From a bacterium (GTDB taxonomy: Bacteria; Acidobacteriota; Blastocatellia; HR10), in contig JBEPZV010000020.1 of the NCBI GenBank assembly GCA_041640655.1, forward strand, positions 781 to 42,399: DNA of 41,619 bases. The letters run 5' to 3'. Below are positions 17,950-27,586 of the stretch, piece after piece. The position numbers were made by a program, and so were the translations under genes. Each line of letters opens with the position of its first letter. The first letter of the stretch is position 1. The notes below the pieces were generated by a model. The model did no database searches, was not told the DNA's origin, and saw nothing but the letters and a program-made list of their open reading frames with translations.

Positions 17950-20397
17950 ATGAGGAAGGGGATCGTCTTCTTGCTCATCCCGCTTTTCCTCAGTGGCGCG
18001 GGGATCACCGTCTCGGCGGCGAAGAAGCGGCTCACCATGCGCGATATGCTCGCGTTTCGGCTGGTGAGCAGTCCGGCGCTCTCGCGGGACGGTCGGCGTG
18101 TGGCCTTCGTCGTCGCCGAGGCCGATTTCCAGGAGAGCCGGTATCGCACAGATATTTGGGTCGTCGAGACTGACGGGGGAAAGCCACGGCCGTTCACGCG
18201 AAGCAAAGAGGATGAGTCCATGCCGCGGTGGTCTCCGGACGGTCGGTGGTTGGCCTTCCTCTCGAATCGGCCGGCACGCGCGCCGGAAGCTCGACAGGAA
18301 GAGGAGGAGCGAAGGCCGAAGAACCAGGTGTGGATCATGCCGAGCGATGGGGGCGAAGCCGTTCAGCTCACGAACGCCGAAGAAGGCGTGATCGCTTACG
18401 ACTGGTCGCCCGATAGCCGGACGATCATCTACCTGACGCGCGAGACGCTGCCCAAGCCCGAGCGGGAGCGACGCGAGCGCGAACGCCGGCAGAAATTCGA
18501 CGCCATCGTGGAGGAGAAGGAGCGCTACCGGCGCGAGTTCTGGAGCATCGAGATCGAGACGAAGAAGGCGACGCGGTTGTTCGAGGGGGACTATGGGATC
18601 GGCGAATTCGACGTCGCGCCGGACGGGAAGCAGATCGCCTACGCGACGAATTACACGGGCAAGGTGGACGATGGCAAGAAGTTCGACATCTGGGTCCTCT
18701 CCATTGAGGACGGGAAGGCGCGGCAAGTGACGCGTCGGCCCGGCGGCGAGCGTTCGCCGCGCTGGTCGCCCGATGGGCGACAGATCGCTTTCCTCGCGCC
18801 CCAACTGACCGACATCCCCTATTCGCAGAACGAGGTCTTCCTCGTCTCCGCCGAGAGGGGAGACCTGCAGGAGGTGACGAAAGCGTTCGACCGGGGGATC
18901 GAGGGGTTCCGATGGCATCCGGCGGGGCGGGATCTCTATGGGCTCGCCGCGCTGGGGACGGAGACGCATATCCTGCGCGTGCCGATAGAGGGAGGATCTC
19001 CGGAGCCGATCACGCGCGGCGCGCTCGTCGTCTCGGCCTTCGATCTCTCGGCCGATGGTCGGACGCTCGTGTATGTCGGCGAAGATGCCCGCTCGCTGCC
19101 CGATCTGTGGCTGCTGCGGCCGGGCAGCGACGACGTGACGCGGCTCACGGAGATGAATCCCGAGCTTCGGGAGTTCGAGATCGCCGAACAAGAGGTCATC
19201 CGATGGCGGAGCGTGGATGGATGGGAGATCGAAGGGATCCTGACGAAGCCGGTCGGCTATGAGCCGGGCAAGCGATATCCGGTGCTCGTCGCCGTGCACG
19301 GCGGGCCGCATTCGCGCGTGGTGAACGCTTTCCGGCAATACTACAACTTCCAGGTTTGGGCGGCCCACGGCTATGCCGTCTTCGCCCCGAATTTCCGAGG
19401 CAGCTCCGGATACCACGGGGCATTCGATATCGCGAATCGGCGCGATCTCGGCGGGAAGGATTTCCAGGACATCATGACCGGTGTGGATCATCTCATTCGG
19501 ATCGGCATCGCGGATCCCGAGCGGTTGGGCATCTTCGGCGGGAGCTACGGCGGCTATATGACGAATTGGGCGATCACGCAGACGGATCGGTTCAAGGCCG
19601 CCGTCTCCATGTACGGGATCTTCAACCTCATCACCGACTTCAGCAACTCCTATCTCCCCAGTTGGGAGCCGGATTATCTGGGCGCGTATTACTGGGATGA
19701 CCTCGACATCTACATTCGGCGATCGCCCTTCGCCTACGTGAAGAACATCAGGACGCCAGTGCTCATCCTGCACGGGGAGGCCGATCCGAACACGTTCATC
19801 TCGAATTCCAAAGAGATGTACGCAGCGCTCACGCACTTGGGGAAGACCGTCGAGTTCGTCCGCTATCCGCGCGAGGGGCATGGATTCCGCGAGTTGAACC
19901 ATCGGCTCGATGAAGTGCGTCGGTGTTTGGAGTGGTTCGATCGCTACGTCAAGGGCGAGGCGAAGACCGAGTATGGGCTTGAGGAGTGGGTGCCGGCTGG
20001 CGATTGGGCGTTCGAGGTCACGGCGGTGGATTCGAACGTCGCCTATCCGGGATACGCGGCCGAGGGGACCATGATCGAGGTCTCGCTCATGTTCAAGAAC
20101 ACGAACCGCGAGAGCCGATCGCTGGAGTTGATCCTCGAGCGCGATATCGTCGTCTTGGATGACCAAGGGCATGCGCTGGCCCCGCGCGGCATTCCGGTGG
20201 AGATAATGGGCGCCCGCGCGCTCGTCCTCGGGGGCGGACGGTTCATCGCGGCGGTCGCCGCTGGAGAAGCGACGACCTATGTCCCGCTTCGTCTCGCGTT
20301 CGATGTGCCCAAAGGGCGTCAGGCCGTTCGGCTGCGCGTGCGGGACTTTCCCGTTGTGAACCTTCAGGCTCGATGGCGGGAGCTGGCGCGCCCGTGA
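17950..20397 (+). CDS. S9 family (prolyl oligopeptidase/acylaminoacyl peptidase-like) serine peptidase
   Basis: WSPDG propeller repeats, VHGGP, GGSYGG nucleophile, LHGEAD and YPREGH. ATG 17950 follows GAGGAGG. Confidence 0.92.
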   Translation: MRKGIVFLLIPLFLSGAGITVSAAKKRLTMRDMLAFRLVSSPALSRDGRRVAFVVAEADFQESRYRTDIWVVETDGGKPRPFTRSKEDESMPRWSPDGRWLAFLSNRPARAPEARQEEEERRPKNQVWIMPSDGGEAVQLTNAEEGVIAYDWSPDSRTIIYLTRETLPKPERERRERERRQKFDAIVEEKERYRREFWSIEIETKKATRLFEGDYGIGEFDVAPDGKQIAYATNYTGKVDDGKKFDIWVLSIEDGKARQVTRRPGGERSPRWSPDGRQIAFLAPQLTDIPYSQNEVFLVSAERGDLQEVTKAFDRGIEGFRWHPAGRDLYGLAALGTETHILRVPIEGGSPEPITRGALVVSAFDLSADGRTLVYVGEDARSLPDLWLLRPGSDDVTRLTEMNPELREFEIAEQEVIRWRSVDGWEIEGILTKPVGYEPGKRYPVLVAVHGGPHSRVVNAFRQYYNFQVWAAHGYAVFAPNFRGSSGYHGAFDIANRRDLGGKDFQDIMTGVDHLIRIGIADPERLGIFGGSYGGYMTNWAITQTDRFKAAVSMYGIFNLITDFSNSYLPSWEPDYLGAYYWDDLDIYIRRSPFAYVKNIRTPVLILHGEADPNTFISNSKEMYAALTHLGKTVEFVRYPREGHGFRELNHRLDEVRRCLEWFDRYVKGEAKTEYGLEEWVPAGDWAFEVTAVDSNVAYPGYAAEGTMIEVSLMFKNTNRESRSLELILERDIVVLDDQGHALAPRGIPVEIMGARALVLGGGRFIAAVAAGEATTYVPLRLAFDVPKGRQAVRLRVRDFPVVNLQARWRELARP

Positions 20398-20400
20398 GCG

Positions 20401-21018
20401 TCAGGGCCTCAACCCGCTGGCGACGGCGCGCGTCTGGTCGAGGAAATCTTTCCACGCGCCTTCCATGAGCAGCACAGCGAAGGGGTCGCGAATCGGCGTG
20501 TAATACGTGAGACGTGGGTCGGGGAAGGAGCGCCATTCGCTTGCCGGTGCGCCGAGTGTTTGCTCGACCGCCCAGCGAAAATCTTCGCGCTTGAGCTCAG
20601 CCCGCTTCAAGAAAACGAGATACTCGCCACCGGGCAGAAACGCTGCCTTGCCGAATTCCCGAGGATCGGCCAACCGACCCGGCACGTAGAGGAGAAGCGT
20701 CTCGCCCGGCTGCCCGACCAGGAGCCCGCGTTCGACATGCTTCGGATGGCGGTAGATCACCTCGCGCACGGTCATCCGATAGACGACGCCGAGCATATAG
20801 CGTTCGGCGCGCGCCGGATCGAGCACGGGACTGCGCTCGCGCTCCCGACGATATTTGAGCTGGTCAATGACCGGACGGTACGTCTCGGCGACGGCGACGA
20901 CGACCAGATCGCTCTTGCCTAAGAGGTCGCGGATTTGCTCCACGCGCCGCTCACTCTGTCCGAACCCAGAGAGGGCCAGAAGGCCGATGAGTCCAATGCA
21001 TGTGAGCATCCTCGCCAT
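20401..21018 (-). CDS. Hypothetical secreted protein
   Basis: Signal-peptide-like N-terminus; SDLVVVA and GGEYLVFL segments resemble TIMP/OB-fold-like hypothetical proteins. Fills the gap between the S9 gene and the tRNA. Confidence 0.7.
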   Translation of the reverse strand: MARMLTCIGLIGLLALSGFGQSERRVEQIRDLLGKSDLVVVAVAETYRPVIDQLKYRRERERSPVLDPARAERYMLGVVYRMTVREVIYRHPKHVERGLLVGQPGETLLLYVPGRLADPREFGKAAFLPGGEYLVFLKRAELKREDFRWAVEQTLGAPASEWRSFPDPRLTYYTPIRDPFAVLLMEGAWKDFLDQTRAVASGLRP

Positions 21019-21036
21019 GCGGAGACAAAAAAATCA

Positions 21037-21112
21037 TGGTAGCGGCGGCAGGACTCGAACCTGCGACCTAGGGGTTATGAATCCCTCGCTCTGCCACCTG
21101 AGCTACGCCGCC
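21037..21112 (-). tRNA. tRNA-Met (CAT), elongator type
   Basis: GGCGGCG TA GCTC AGGTGGCA GAGC G AGGGA TTCATAA CCCCT AGGTC GCAGG TTCGAGT CCTGC CGCCGCT ACCA; 76 nt with encoded CCA. G1-U72 argues against initiator; G4/G5 argue against Ile2. Confidence 0.93.
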
Positions 21113-21141
21113 ACCTTGCCATCTCTCCAAATCAGGGCCTA

Positions 21142-21170
21142 ACTATAGCACAAGCCAACGCGGCGTTCAA
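21142..21170 (-). promoter_or_regulatory. Sigma70 promoter of tRNA-Met
   Basis: Minus strand TTGAAC-N17-TATAGT with extended -10 TG. Confidence 0.75.
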
Positions 21171-21277
21171 GATACCCGACCCCATACCTTTCATGCCTTC
21201 CCGCTCAGAGGCGGTGGTCTCTCGACGTCCGTTGGCGAACAGGGTGGCGAATCATCTCGTTGAAGCGATCGGCCTGG

Positions 21278-22201
21278 TCACGCGCCTCCGATCCACGCGC
21301 GTAGGGTTTCCTCCCAGAAGAAGACGCGACCATCTTGTAAGACAGCCACCTGCTGCTCGCGCGTTGATTCTTCCGCCCCCTGCGTCAACCGTTCTCCAGC
21401 CACCAAGGGGATCACCTGGTATCCCGCTCGGCGCAAGAAGGTCGCCCGTCGTCGCGCTCGCTCCACATCCCCCTGGTCCACGATGGCTGAGACCTCCACC
21501 GCGAGCCAGAGTTCCGAGATCTCCGGTTGTTGCCGAGGTTGTCCTCGAATGAGCAAGTCCAGTTGCAACAGGTCGAGGAACTCCTCTTCGGAGAGGTGGG
21601 CGCGCAACGCCTCTTCCAGCTCATAAGGGTTCACCACTTGCAATCGTCGCAATATCGCGCCAAAGTAGGCCGTGGCCTTATCCCGATAGGTTTGCTCCAG
21701 CATGCGCCCCTTCAGATCGCCCACTGTATCCGTGAGGCGCCGTTGGCTCTCGGCCAACGCCTGCAGTGCTTCATTCGTGTGACGTTGTGCCTCGGCTAAG
21801 GCTGCCAGCTCCACCTCCACGCGCCCCACGCGTTCCTCGACCCGCCCCACGTGTTCCTCGACCCGCCCCACGCGTTCTTCGACCCGCCCCACGCGTTCTT
21901 CGACCCGTTCCACGCGCTCCTCCAGCCGCCCCACGCGTTCTTCGACCCGCCCCACGCGTTCTTCGACCCGTTCCACACGCTCCTCCAGCCGCCCCACGCG
22001 TTCCTCCGTGCGGCGTTGGGCCTCGACGAGCGCGCGAAGCTGCTCCTCGGTTCGCCGCTGCGCTTCCGCCAGCTCCCGCACGATTTGCGGCAGCGCCAGC
22101 AACTCGTCCGTCAACAGAAGTCGTCGCAGCTCCGCCCGCCACTCCGGATGCTCTTCCAGCAGGCGAAGTAACGCCAAATAATCTTCCACTTCGAAGGCCA
22201 T
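21278..22201 (-). CDS. Heptad-repeat coiled-coil protein with a putative PD-(D/E)XK-like C-terminal domain
   Basis: MAFEVEDYLALLRLLEEHPEWRAELRRLLL N-terminus, (V/L)EERV(G/E)R repeats and QLDLLIRG...WLAVEVS C-terminus; SD AGGAGAGG before ATG 22201. Confidence 0.8.
   Translation of the reverse strand: MAFEVEDYLALLRLLEEHPEWRAELRRLLLTDELLALPQIVRELAEAQRRTEEQLRALVEAQRRTEERVGRLEERVERVEERVGRVEERVGRLEERVERVEERVGRVEERVGRVEEHVGRVEERVGRVEVELAALAEAQRHTNEALQALAESQRRLTDTVGDLKGRMLEQTYRDKATAYFGAILRRLQVVNPYELEEALRAHLSEEEFLDLLQLDLLIRGQPRQQPEISELWLAVEVSAIVDQGDVERARRRATFLRRAGYQVIPLVAGERLTQGAEESTREQQVAVLQDGRVFFWEETLRAWIGGA
21821..22009. repeat. Intragenic 21-bp tandem repeat, 9 units
   Basis: Unit ccgccccacgcgttc(t/c)tcgac encodes VEERVGR on the minus strand; includes a duplicated 63-bp higher-order block (LEERVER-VEERVGR-VEERVGR). 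Confidence 0.95.
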
Positions 22202-22226
22202 CGCGTCCTCTCCTGAATCCAATCGC

Positions 22227-22255
22227 AATATACACGATGATCCCCCTCTCTTCAA
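22227..22255 (-). promoter_or_regulatory. Putative sigma70 promoter for the heptad-repeat gene
   Basis: Minus strand TTGAAG-N17-TATATT. Confidence 0.6.
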
Positions 22256-22398
22256 GCGCACTGGCTTTGGTCGCAAACCGGCCGGCCCGGGCCGGTGGCG
22301 GCTTCGCATCCGGTGAGCGTTACCCCGGAAGCGCCAGACTTGCTCAAGAAGAGACAGCGGCTTACCATTCCCCGCTCAGGAGCGAAAAGATGGAGGGG

Positions 22399-23361
22399 GT
22401 GAGCACCGTCGGCCAGCGCCCTTCGTGTGAAGCGGCAGCGCGCGACATCGCGCTGGAAGAGGTCGTACTCCCCATCGGGGAGTTCGATTTGGGGATGACG
22501 TTGGAGAGTGGACAGTGCTTCCGCTGGCGGCGCGTGGGCGAGAGGGAGTACGTCGGCATCATCGGACGAAGCGTCGTCCATGCGCGGCACGTTCCGATGG
22601 GACACGGGCGCGTCGGTGCGCTCGCAGTGCGCGTGGTCGGAGGGAGCATCCCCGAGCGCCTGGAAGCGCTCATCGTTCACTACTTCGATCTGGCGCGCGA
22701 TTATCCGGCGATCTTGCGCACACTGCGGCGCGACCAGGCGTTCGCGCGCGTGGCGCCACGACGAGCCGGGATTCACATTCTGCGGCAGGATCCGTTTGAG
22801 GTGATCATCTCGTTCATCGTCTCGGCCAACAATCATATCCCGCGCATTCGGCGGATTCTCGATCGGCTCTGCGCCCGTTATGGGGAGGAGATCTGGACGC
22901 CGTTTGGACCGATGTACAGTTTTCCGCGTCCGGAGGTCTTAGCCGAAGCTCGGCTCGGTGAGCTTCGGCACGAGTGCGGCCTGGGATATCGCGATCAGTA
23001 CGTGCGGGCGACCGCGCGGGCCATCGCCGAGGATGCGGATTTCGCCCAGTGGGCCACATGGCCCACATCGGTTTTGCGGCGGCGGTTGCTCGCGCTCGAG
23101 GGCGTGGGGGAGAAGGTCGCCGAGTGCATCCTCCTCTTCGGCTTTCATCGCCTGGAGGCGTTCCCCGTAGACGTATGGATCGCGCGAGCGATGCGCGCGC
23201 TCTATTTCCCGGATCGAATGCCGCGCGTGCGGGAGATTCAGGCGTGCGCCGCCGAGCGCTTCGGCGCGTATGCCGGGATTGCGCAGCAGTACCTCTATGC
23301 CGCTTTCCGTTCCGGTGGGAGCAGGAGGCGACGGCCATTGCCAGGGGGAGGGGCGGAGTGA
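22399..23361 (+). CDS. OGG1-type 8-oxoguanine DNA glycosylase/AP lyase (HhH-GPD)
   Basis: TLESGQCFRW (OGG N-terminal domain), ILRQDPFE.IISFIVSANN, GLGYR, HhH GVGEKVAECI (catalytic Lys) and FPVDVW (Asp). Start is GTG 22399 after GGAGGG, or ATG 22390. Confidence 0.88.
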   Translation: MSTVGQRPSCEAAARDIALEEVVLPIGEFDLGMTLESGQCFRWRRVGEREYVGIIGRSVVHARHVPMGHGRVGALAVRVVGGSIPERLEALIVHYFDLARDYPAILRTLRRDQAFARVAPRRAGIHILRQDPFEVIISFIVSANNHIPRIRRILDRLCARYGEEIWTPFGPMYSFPRPEVLAEARLGELRHECGLGYRDQYVRATARAIAEDADFAQWATWPTSVLRRRLLALEGVGEKVAECILLFGFHRLEAFPVDVWIARAMRALYFPDRMPRVREIQACAAERFGAYAGIAQQYLYAAFRSGGSRRRRPLPGGGAE

Positions 23362-24560
23362 GCGGAGCGCGCCGCGATTTGGGCGAATCGGCGAAGAAGA
23401 TGTCCGGCGATCGTCGAGATCGCCGGGAGGAATCCGCACGTCTCGATCCTCGGCTTATGAGACGATTGCACCGATCGCTCAGGCGATGGCACGCGGGCGT
23501 GAGGCGCGATGTGCCCTGGCGGCAGACGACAGATCCGTATCGGATTCTCGTCGCGGAGTACATGTCGCAGCAGACGCAGCTTGAACGCGTGCGCGCGTAC
23601 TACGAACGATTCCTTCAACGGTTCCCCACGATCGAAGTGTTGGCGCGCGCTTCTTTGCAGGAGGTGCGGAAAGCCTGGGAGGGACTCGGATATTACGCGC
23701 GGGCTCGCCATGTGCATGAGGCAGCGCGACGGATCGTGCGAGAGTATGGGGGGCGCATCCCTGATGATCCCGCGCGGTTGCAGGCGCTGCCCGGATGCGG
23801 GCCCTATACGGCGGCGGCTGTGGCGAGCCTGGCCTTCAATCGGCCTGTGCCCGTGGTGGATGGGAACGTGCGGCGCGTCCTCTGCCGGCTCTTCGCCCTC
23901 GGCGAGGATCCGCGGCGGCCTGCCATCGAGCGGCAGCTTCGAGCATTCGTCGCGGAATTGATCGCTCTCGGAGGGGGAGCGCGAGAGATCAATCAGGCGC
24001 TCATGGACTTGGGCGCGCTCGTCTGCCGTCCTCGCGCACCGCAGTGCGCGCGCTGTTGCTGGAATTTCGCCTGTCGCGCGTGGCGGCTCGCATCGCCGAC
24101 GGCATTCCCTCGGGCGGCCTCCCGGACGCGTCCCCACTATGAGATCGCCGTGGGTGTGATCTGGCGAGATCGGGCGGGCGCGGCCTCTCGTCGTGGCGAG
24201 GGCGAGGTGCTCATCGCGCAGCGGCGAGAGGGGGGATTGTTGGGGGGGCTGTGGGAATTCCCCGGAGGGAAGCGCGAGCCGGGAGAGAGCTTGCGCCAGT
24301 GTTGCGCGCGCGAGATCCGGGAGGAAGTGGGACTCCGCGTGCGCGTCGGTCGAAAGCTCATGACGGTCCGACAGGCGTACACCCACTTTCGGATCACGAT
24401 GCACGTCTTCGAATGTCGCCCGCTCGGCGGTTCTCCTCGTGCGCTCGGGTGTCAACGAGTGCGGTGGGTTCGCTGTCGGCACCTTCATCGGTATCCCTTC
24501 CCGGCCGCCAATCTGCGGATCATCGAGGCCTTGCGAGAGGGCGAGCTTGTGCCGAAGTGA
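23358..24560 (+). CDS. mutY: A/G-specific adenine glycosylase MutY with a C-terminal Nudix domain
   Basis: [46 protein letters not shown] and the Cx6Cx2Cx5C FeS motif. GTGA overlap with the OGG1 stop; the start could be a little later (23400 or 23457). Confidence 0.9.
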   Translation: MSGARRDLGESAKKMSGDRRDRREESARLDPRLMRRLHRSLRRWHAGVRRDVPWRQTTDPYRILVAEYMSQQTQLERVRAYYERFLQRFPTIEVLARASLQEVRKAWEGLGYYARARHVHEAARRIVREYGGRIPDDPARLQALPGCGPYTAAAVASLAFNRPVPVVDGNVRRVLCRLFALGEDPRRPAIERQLRAFVAELIALGGGAREINQALMDLGALVCRPRAPQCARCCWNFACRAWRLASPTAFPRAASRTRPHYEIAVGVIWRDRAGAASRRGEGEVLIAQRREGGLLGGLWEFPGGKREPGESLRQCCAREIREEVGLRVRVGRKLMTVRQAYTHFRITMHVFECRPLGGSPRALGCQRVRWVRCRHLHRYPFPAANLRIIEALREGELVPK

Positions 24561-24708
24561 CGAGAAGGGATACGTCGTCAGGTCGAGTCCCGGCGAGCGC
24601 GCGCAGAAAAGGACTGCTGGCGTCGCGCATTCGAATCCTCGTGGCTCTCCTCGTTGCGCGTTGTTATCATTAAAGGGGTCATCGCGCATATTCGTCAGGA
24701 GGGGGGAG

Positions 24709-26412
24709 ATGAAGCGATTCAACCAATGGCTTGTGTGGATATGTTCTTTGTGCATGGTCTTCGCAGGATGTGTGGTCTTCGCCGGTCCGCCGGGCGAGCG
24801 GGCCGGTTCGCTTCCGGAGGCGCTCAAGAGTATCACGGTCGAGGGGCTCGCGACGCATATTCGGCGTCTGGCGTCGGATGAATTCGAAGGGCGAGCGCCG
24901 GCGACGCGGGGGGAGGAGCTGACGGTTCGCTATCTGATCGAACAATTCCAGCGGCTCGGACTGCGGCCGGGGAATCCCGATGGGACGTACGTGCAAAAGG
25001 TGCCGCTTGTGGGGATCACGGCCGATCCATCGGCCTCGCTCACTGTCACGGCCAATGGGAAGCAGACATCGCTGCGCTATGGGCAAGACTTCGTCGCGTG
25101 GACGCGACGCGTCGTGGAGACTTCCAGCGTCGAGGCGGACCTCGTGTTCGTCGGCTATGGCGTTCAAGCGCCCGAATTCCAATGGGACGATTTCAAAGGC
25201 ACGGACGTGCGGGGGAAAATGCTGGTCGTCCTCATCAACGATCCGCCGGTGCCCGATCCGCGCGATCCGTCGCGATTGGATGAGCGGGTGTTCGGCGGGC
25301 GCGCCATGACATACTATGGGCGCTGGACCTACAAGTTCGAGAAGGCGGCGGAGTTGGGGGCAGCCGGCGCGCTGATCATTCACGAGACGGAGCCAGCGGG
25401 GTATCCCTGGGCCGTCGTGCGCGGCAGTTGGACCGGTGAACAATTCACGCTCATCGCGCCGGATCGCAACATGTCCAAGTGCGCTGTCGAGGGGTGGATC
25501 ACCTATGATCACGCCAAAGCGCTCTTCGCCATGGTCGGGAAGGACCTGGATGCCTTGAAGAGAGCCGCCGTGAGCCGGGACTTCCGTCCCGTGCCCTTGG
25601 GCGCGCGCGCGGCGATCACGCTCCGGAACGCCATTCGCACTATCGAGTCGCGCAATGTGATCGCTCGGCTGGATGGGAATGACCCGAAGCTCAAGGAGGA
25701 GTACGTCATCTACGTCGCGCATTGGGATCATCTGGGCATCGGTCCTGAGGTGAACGGAGATCGCATCTACAACGGCGCGGTGGACAATGCCTCCGGGACG
25801 GCGGGATTGTTGGAGATCGCGCGAGCCTATACTCGTCTCTCGCCGCCTCCGCGCCGCTCGATCCTCTTTCTGGCCGTGACGGCGGAGGAGAAGGGGTTGC
25901 TCGGCTCTCAATACTATGCCGAGCATCCGCTCTATCCGCTGGAGCGGACCGTCGCCGTCATCAATATGGACGGCTTGAACGTATACGGGCGGACGCGCGA
26001 TATCACGGTCATCGGATTGGGGCATTCGACGCTCGATGAGCATGTGCGAGCTGTGGCCGCAGAGCAGGGGCGGGTGGTGCGCCCGGATCCGGAGCCGGAG
26101 AAGGGGTTCTTCTATCGGTCGGATCATTTCAGTTTCGCGAAGCAAGGGGTCCCCGCTCTCGATACCGATTCGGGCATTGAGTACATCGGGAAGCCGGAGG
26201 GCTGGGGATTGGAAGTGCGCCGTCGGTACACGGCCGAGCGTTACCATAAGCCGCAGGACGAATTCGATCCGAGTTGGGACCTGAGCGGCGCTGTCGAAGA
26301 CCTGCAGCTGCTGTTTCTGGTCGGCTATCGCGTGGCCAACGAGGACCGATGGCCGGAGTGGTATCCGGGAACGGAGTTCAAGGCCAAGCGGGAGGCGATG
26401 CTGAGGCGGTGA
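24709..26412 (+). CDS. M28 family aminopeptidase with PA domain, exported
   Basis: [48 protein letters not shown] and YHKPQD; SD AGGAGG before ATG 24709. Confidence 0.92.
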   Translation: MKRFNQWLVWICSLCMVFAGCVVFAGPPGERAGSLPEALKSITVEGLATHIRRLASDEFEGRAPATRGEELTVRYLIEQFQRLGLRPGNPDGTYVQKVPLVGITADPSASLTVTANGKQTSLRYGQDFVAWTRRVVETSSVEADLVFVGYGVQAPEFQWDDFKGTDVRGKMLVVLINDPPVPDPRDPSRLDERVFGGRAMTYYGRWTYKFEKAAELGAAGALIIHETEPAGYPWAVVRGSWTGEQFTLIAPDRNMSKCAVEGWITYDHAKALFAMVGKDLDALKRAAVSRDFRPVPLGARAAITLRNAIRTIESRNVIARLDGNDPKLKEEYVIYVAHWDHLGIGPEVNGDRIYNGAVDNASGTAGLLEIARAYTRLSPPPRRSILFLAVTAEEKGLLGSQYYAEHPLYPLERTVAVINMDGLNVYGRTRDITVIGLGHSTLDEHVRAVAAEQGRVVRPDPEPEKGFFYRSDHFSFAKQGVPALDTDSGIEYIGKPEGWGLEVRRRYTAERYHKPQDEFDPSWDLSGAVEDLQLLFLVGYRVANEDRWPEWYPGTEFKAKREAMLRR

Positions 26413-26452
26413 GGCCGCGCGTCGAATGGTCCCCGAGGAGACCACCAGGCCC

Positions 26453-27376
26453 TCAGTCGTAGAGAGGAGGCTCGCCCGGCGGGCGCGTCTGCCATCGTTT
26501 GTGAACCCAGAGCCAATGGTCAGGATAGCGGCGGATGACGGATTCCAGGACCTGGTTGAACCGCTCGGTATTGAGCTGAGCGTCGCGCTCGTCGTCTCCG
26601 GTTCGGATGAGGGGGATAGGGGGATCGAAATGCAAGACATGCGTGCGCGTTCGCTCATCCCAGATGAGGAAGCCAGGGACGACGGGCGCCCCCGTGCGCA
26701 GGGCTAAACGCGCGATCAACGGAGACGTGCAAGCGGGCCGCCCGAAGAACTCGCAAAAGAGGCCCTCGTGCGGTTGTGTGTTCACGTCCATGAGGACGCC
26801 GATGGTCTCGCCCGCGCGCAGGGCTCGCAGGATGTGTCGCGCGGCGTCCCGCTTGGAGATGAGGCGGTTGCCGCTCAGCGTGCGATAGGCCTCGATCAGG
26901 CGGTCGAGCCGAGGATTGTCCAAGGGACGGACGACGACGGCCATCGGATAGCCGTAGAGCGCATGGGCGAAGGCGCTCAGCTCCCACGCGCCGAAATGCG
27001 CCGTGAGGATGAGTACCCCTCGCCCATGCGCCCGCGCGCGCTCGTAGTGTTCTAAGCCCTCATAGGTGACGATCGCGCGAATCGTCTCCGGCGTCAATCG
27101 CGGGAACTGACTGAACTCGCCGAGCAAGCGCCCGAGGTTCCGAAAGGACCGCTTGAGAAGAGATCGCCGCTCGTGCGCGCCGAGCATGGGGAAGGCGAGC
27201 GTGAGGTTCCGATGACCGACCTTCCGCAGCCGCCTCCAGGCGTAATAGGTGAGCCGCCCTACGCATTCGCCGATGGCGAGCGCCCAGGATCGAGGCAGGC
27301 TGCCCAGCGTTTTCAGTATGAACCAGGCGGATGCATATTCGAGCCAGTGATGGACGATTGTCATCCACCGCCGCAT
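26453..27376 (-). CDS. Lipid A biosynthesis lauroyl/lysophospholipid acyltransferase (LpxL/HtrB family)
   Basis: NLTLAFP, TAHFGAWE (HX4E), FFGRPACT and YPDHWLWVHKRW. Confidence 0.88.
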   Translation of the reverse strand: MRRWMTIVHHWLEYASAWFILKTLGSLPRSWALAIGECVGRLTYYAWRRLRKVGHRNLTLAFPMLGAHERRSLLKRSFRNLGRLLGEFSQFPRLTPETIRAIVTYEGLEHYERARAHGRGVLILTAHFGAWELSAFAHALYGYPMAVVVRPLDNPRLDRLIEAYRTLSGNRLISKRDAARHILRALRAGETIGVLMDVNTQPHEGLFCEFFGRPACTSPLIARLALRTGAPVVPGFLIWDERTRTHVLHFDPPIPLIRTGDDERDAQLNTERFNQVLESVIRRYPDHWLWVHKRWQTRPPGEPPLYD

Positions 27377-27445
27377 GGTCGCCCGCGGGCACGCCCCTCT
27401 CTCTGGCTTGCGCTCAAGCCCCGAAGATCGCCTCCCAAGGGAGCC

Positions 27446-27475
27446 AAGCTAGCATGCGTTCCGGGGAGGCGTCAA
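27446..27475 (-). promoter_or_regulatory. Possible promoter for the acyltransferase
   Basis: Minus strand TTGACG-N18-TAGCTT with extended TG. Confidence 0.4.
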
Positions 27476-27586
27476 ATCCCCTCCTCGGAGCGCGGTGCGA
27501 GCCGGTGGGCATCGGCGCCTGCGCGAGGGTCGGACGGTCTGGACGGCTTCCACCTCCGCGCGAGCATCTGCCATAATGGGAATGTT

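Noticed and set aside
21019..21112. tRNA-anchored genomic island or prophage attachment site
   Set aside because: No integrase, and I found no duplicate of the tRNA 3' end in the window.
21821..22009. 21-bp repeats as a CRISPR array
   Set aside because: Units are directly adjacent with no unique spacers, lie in frame within a CDS, and there are no cas genes.
21766..22398. Pro/Arg-rich N-terminal extension of the OGG1 ORF in the track
   Set aside because: It is the antisense reading of the heptad-repeat gene. OGG1 similarity and an SD begin at about 22390-22399.
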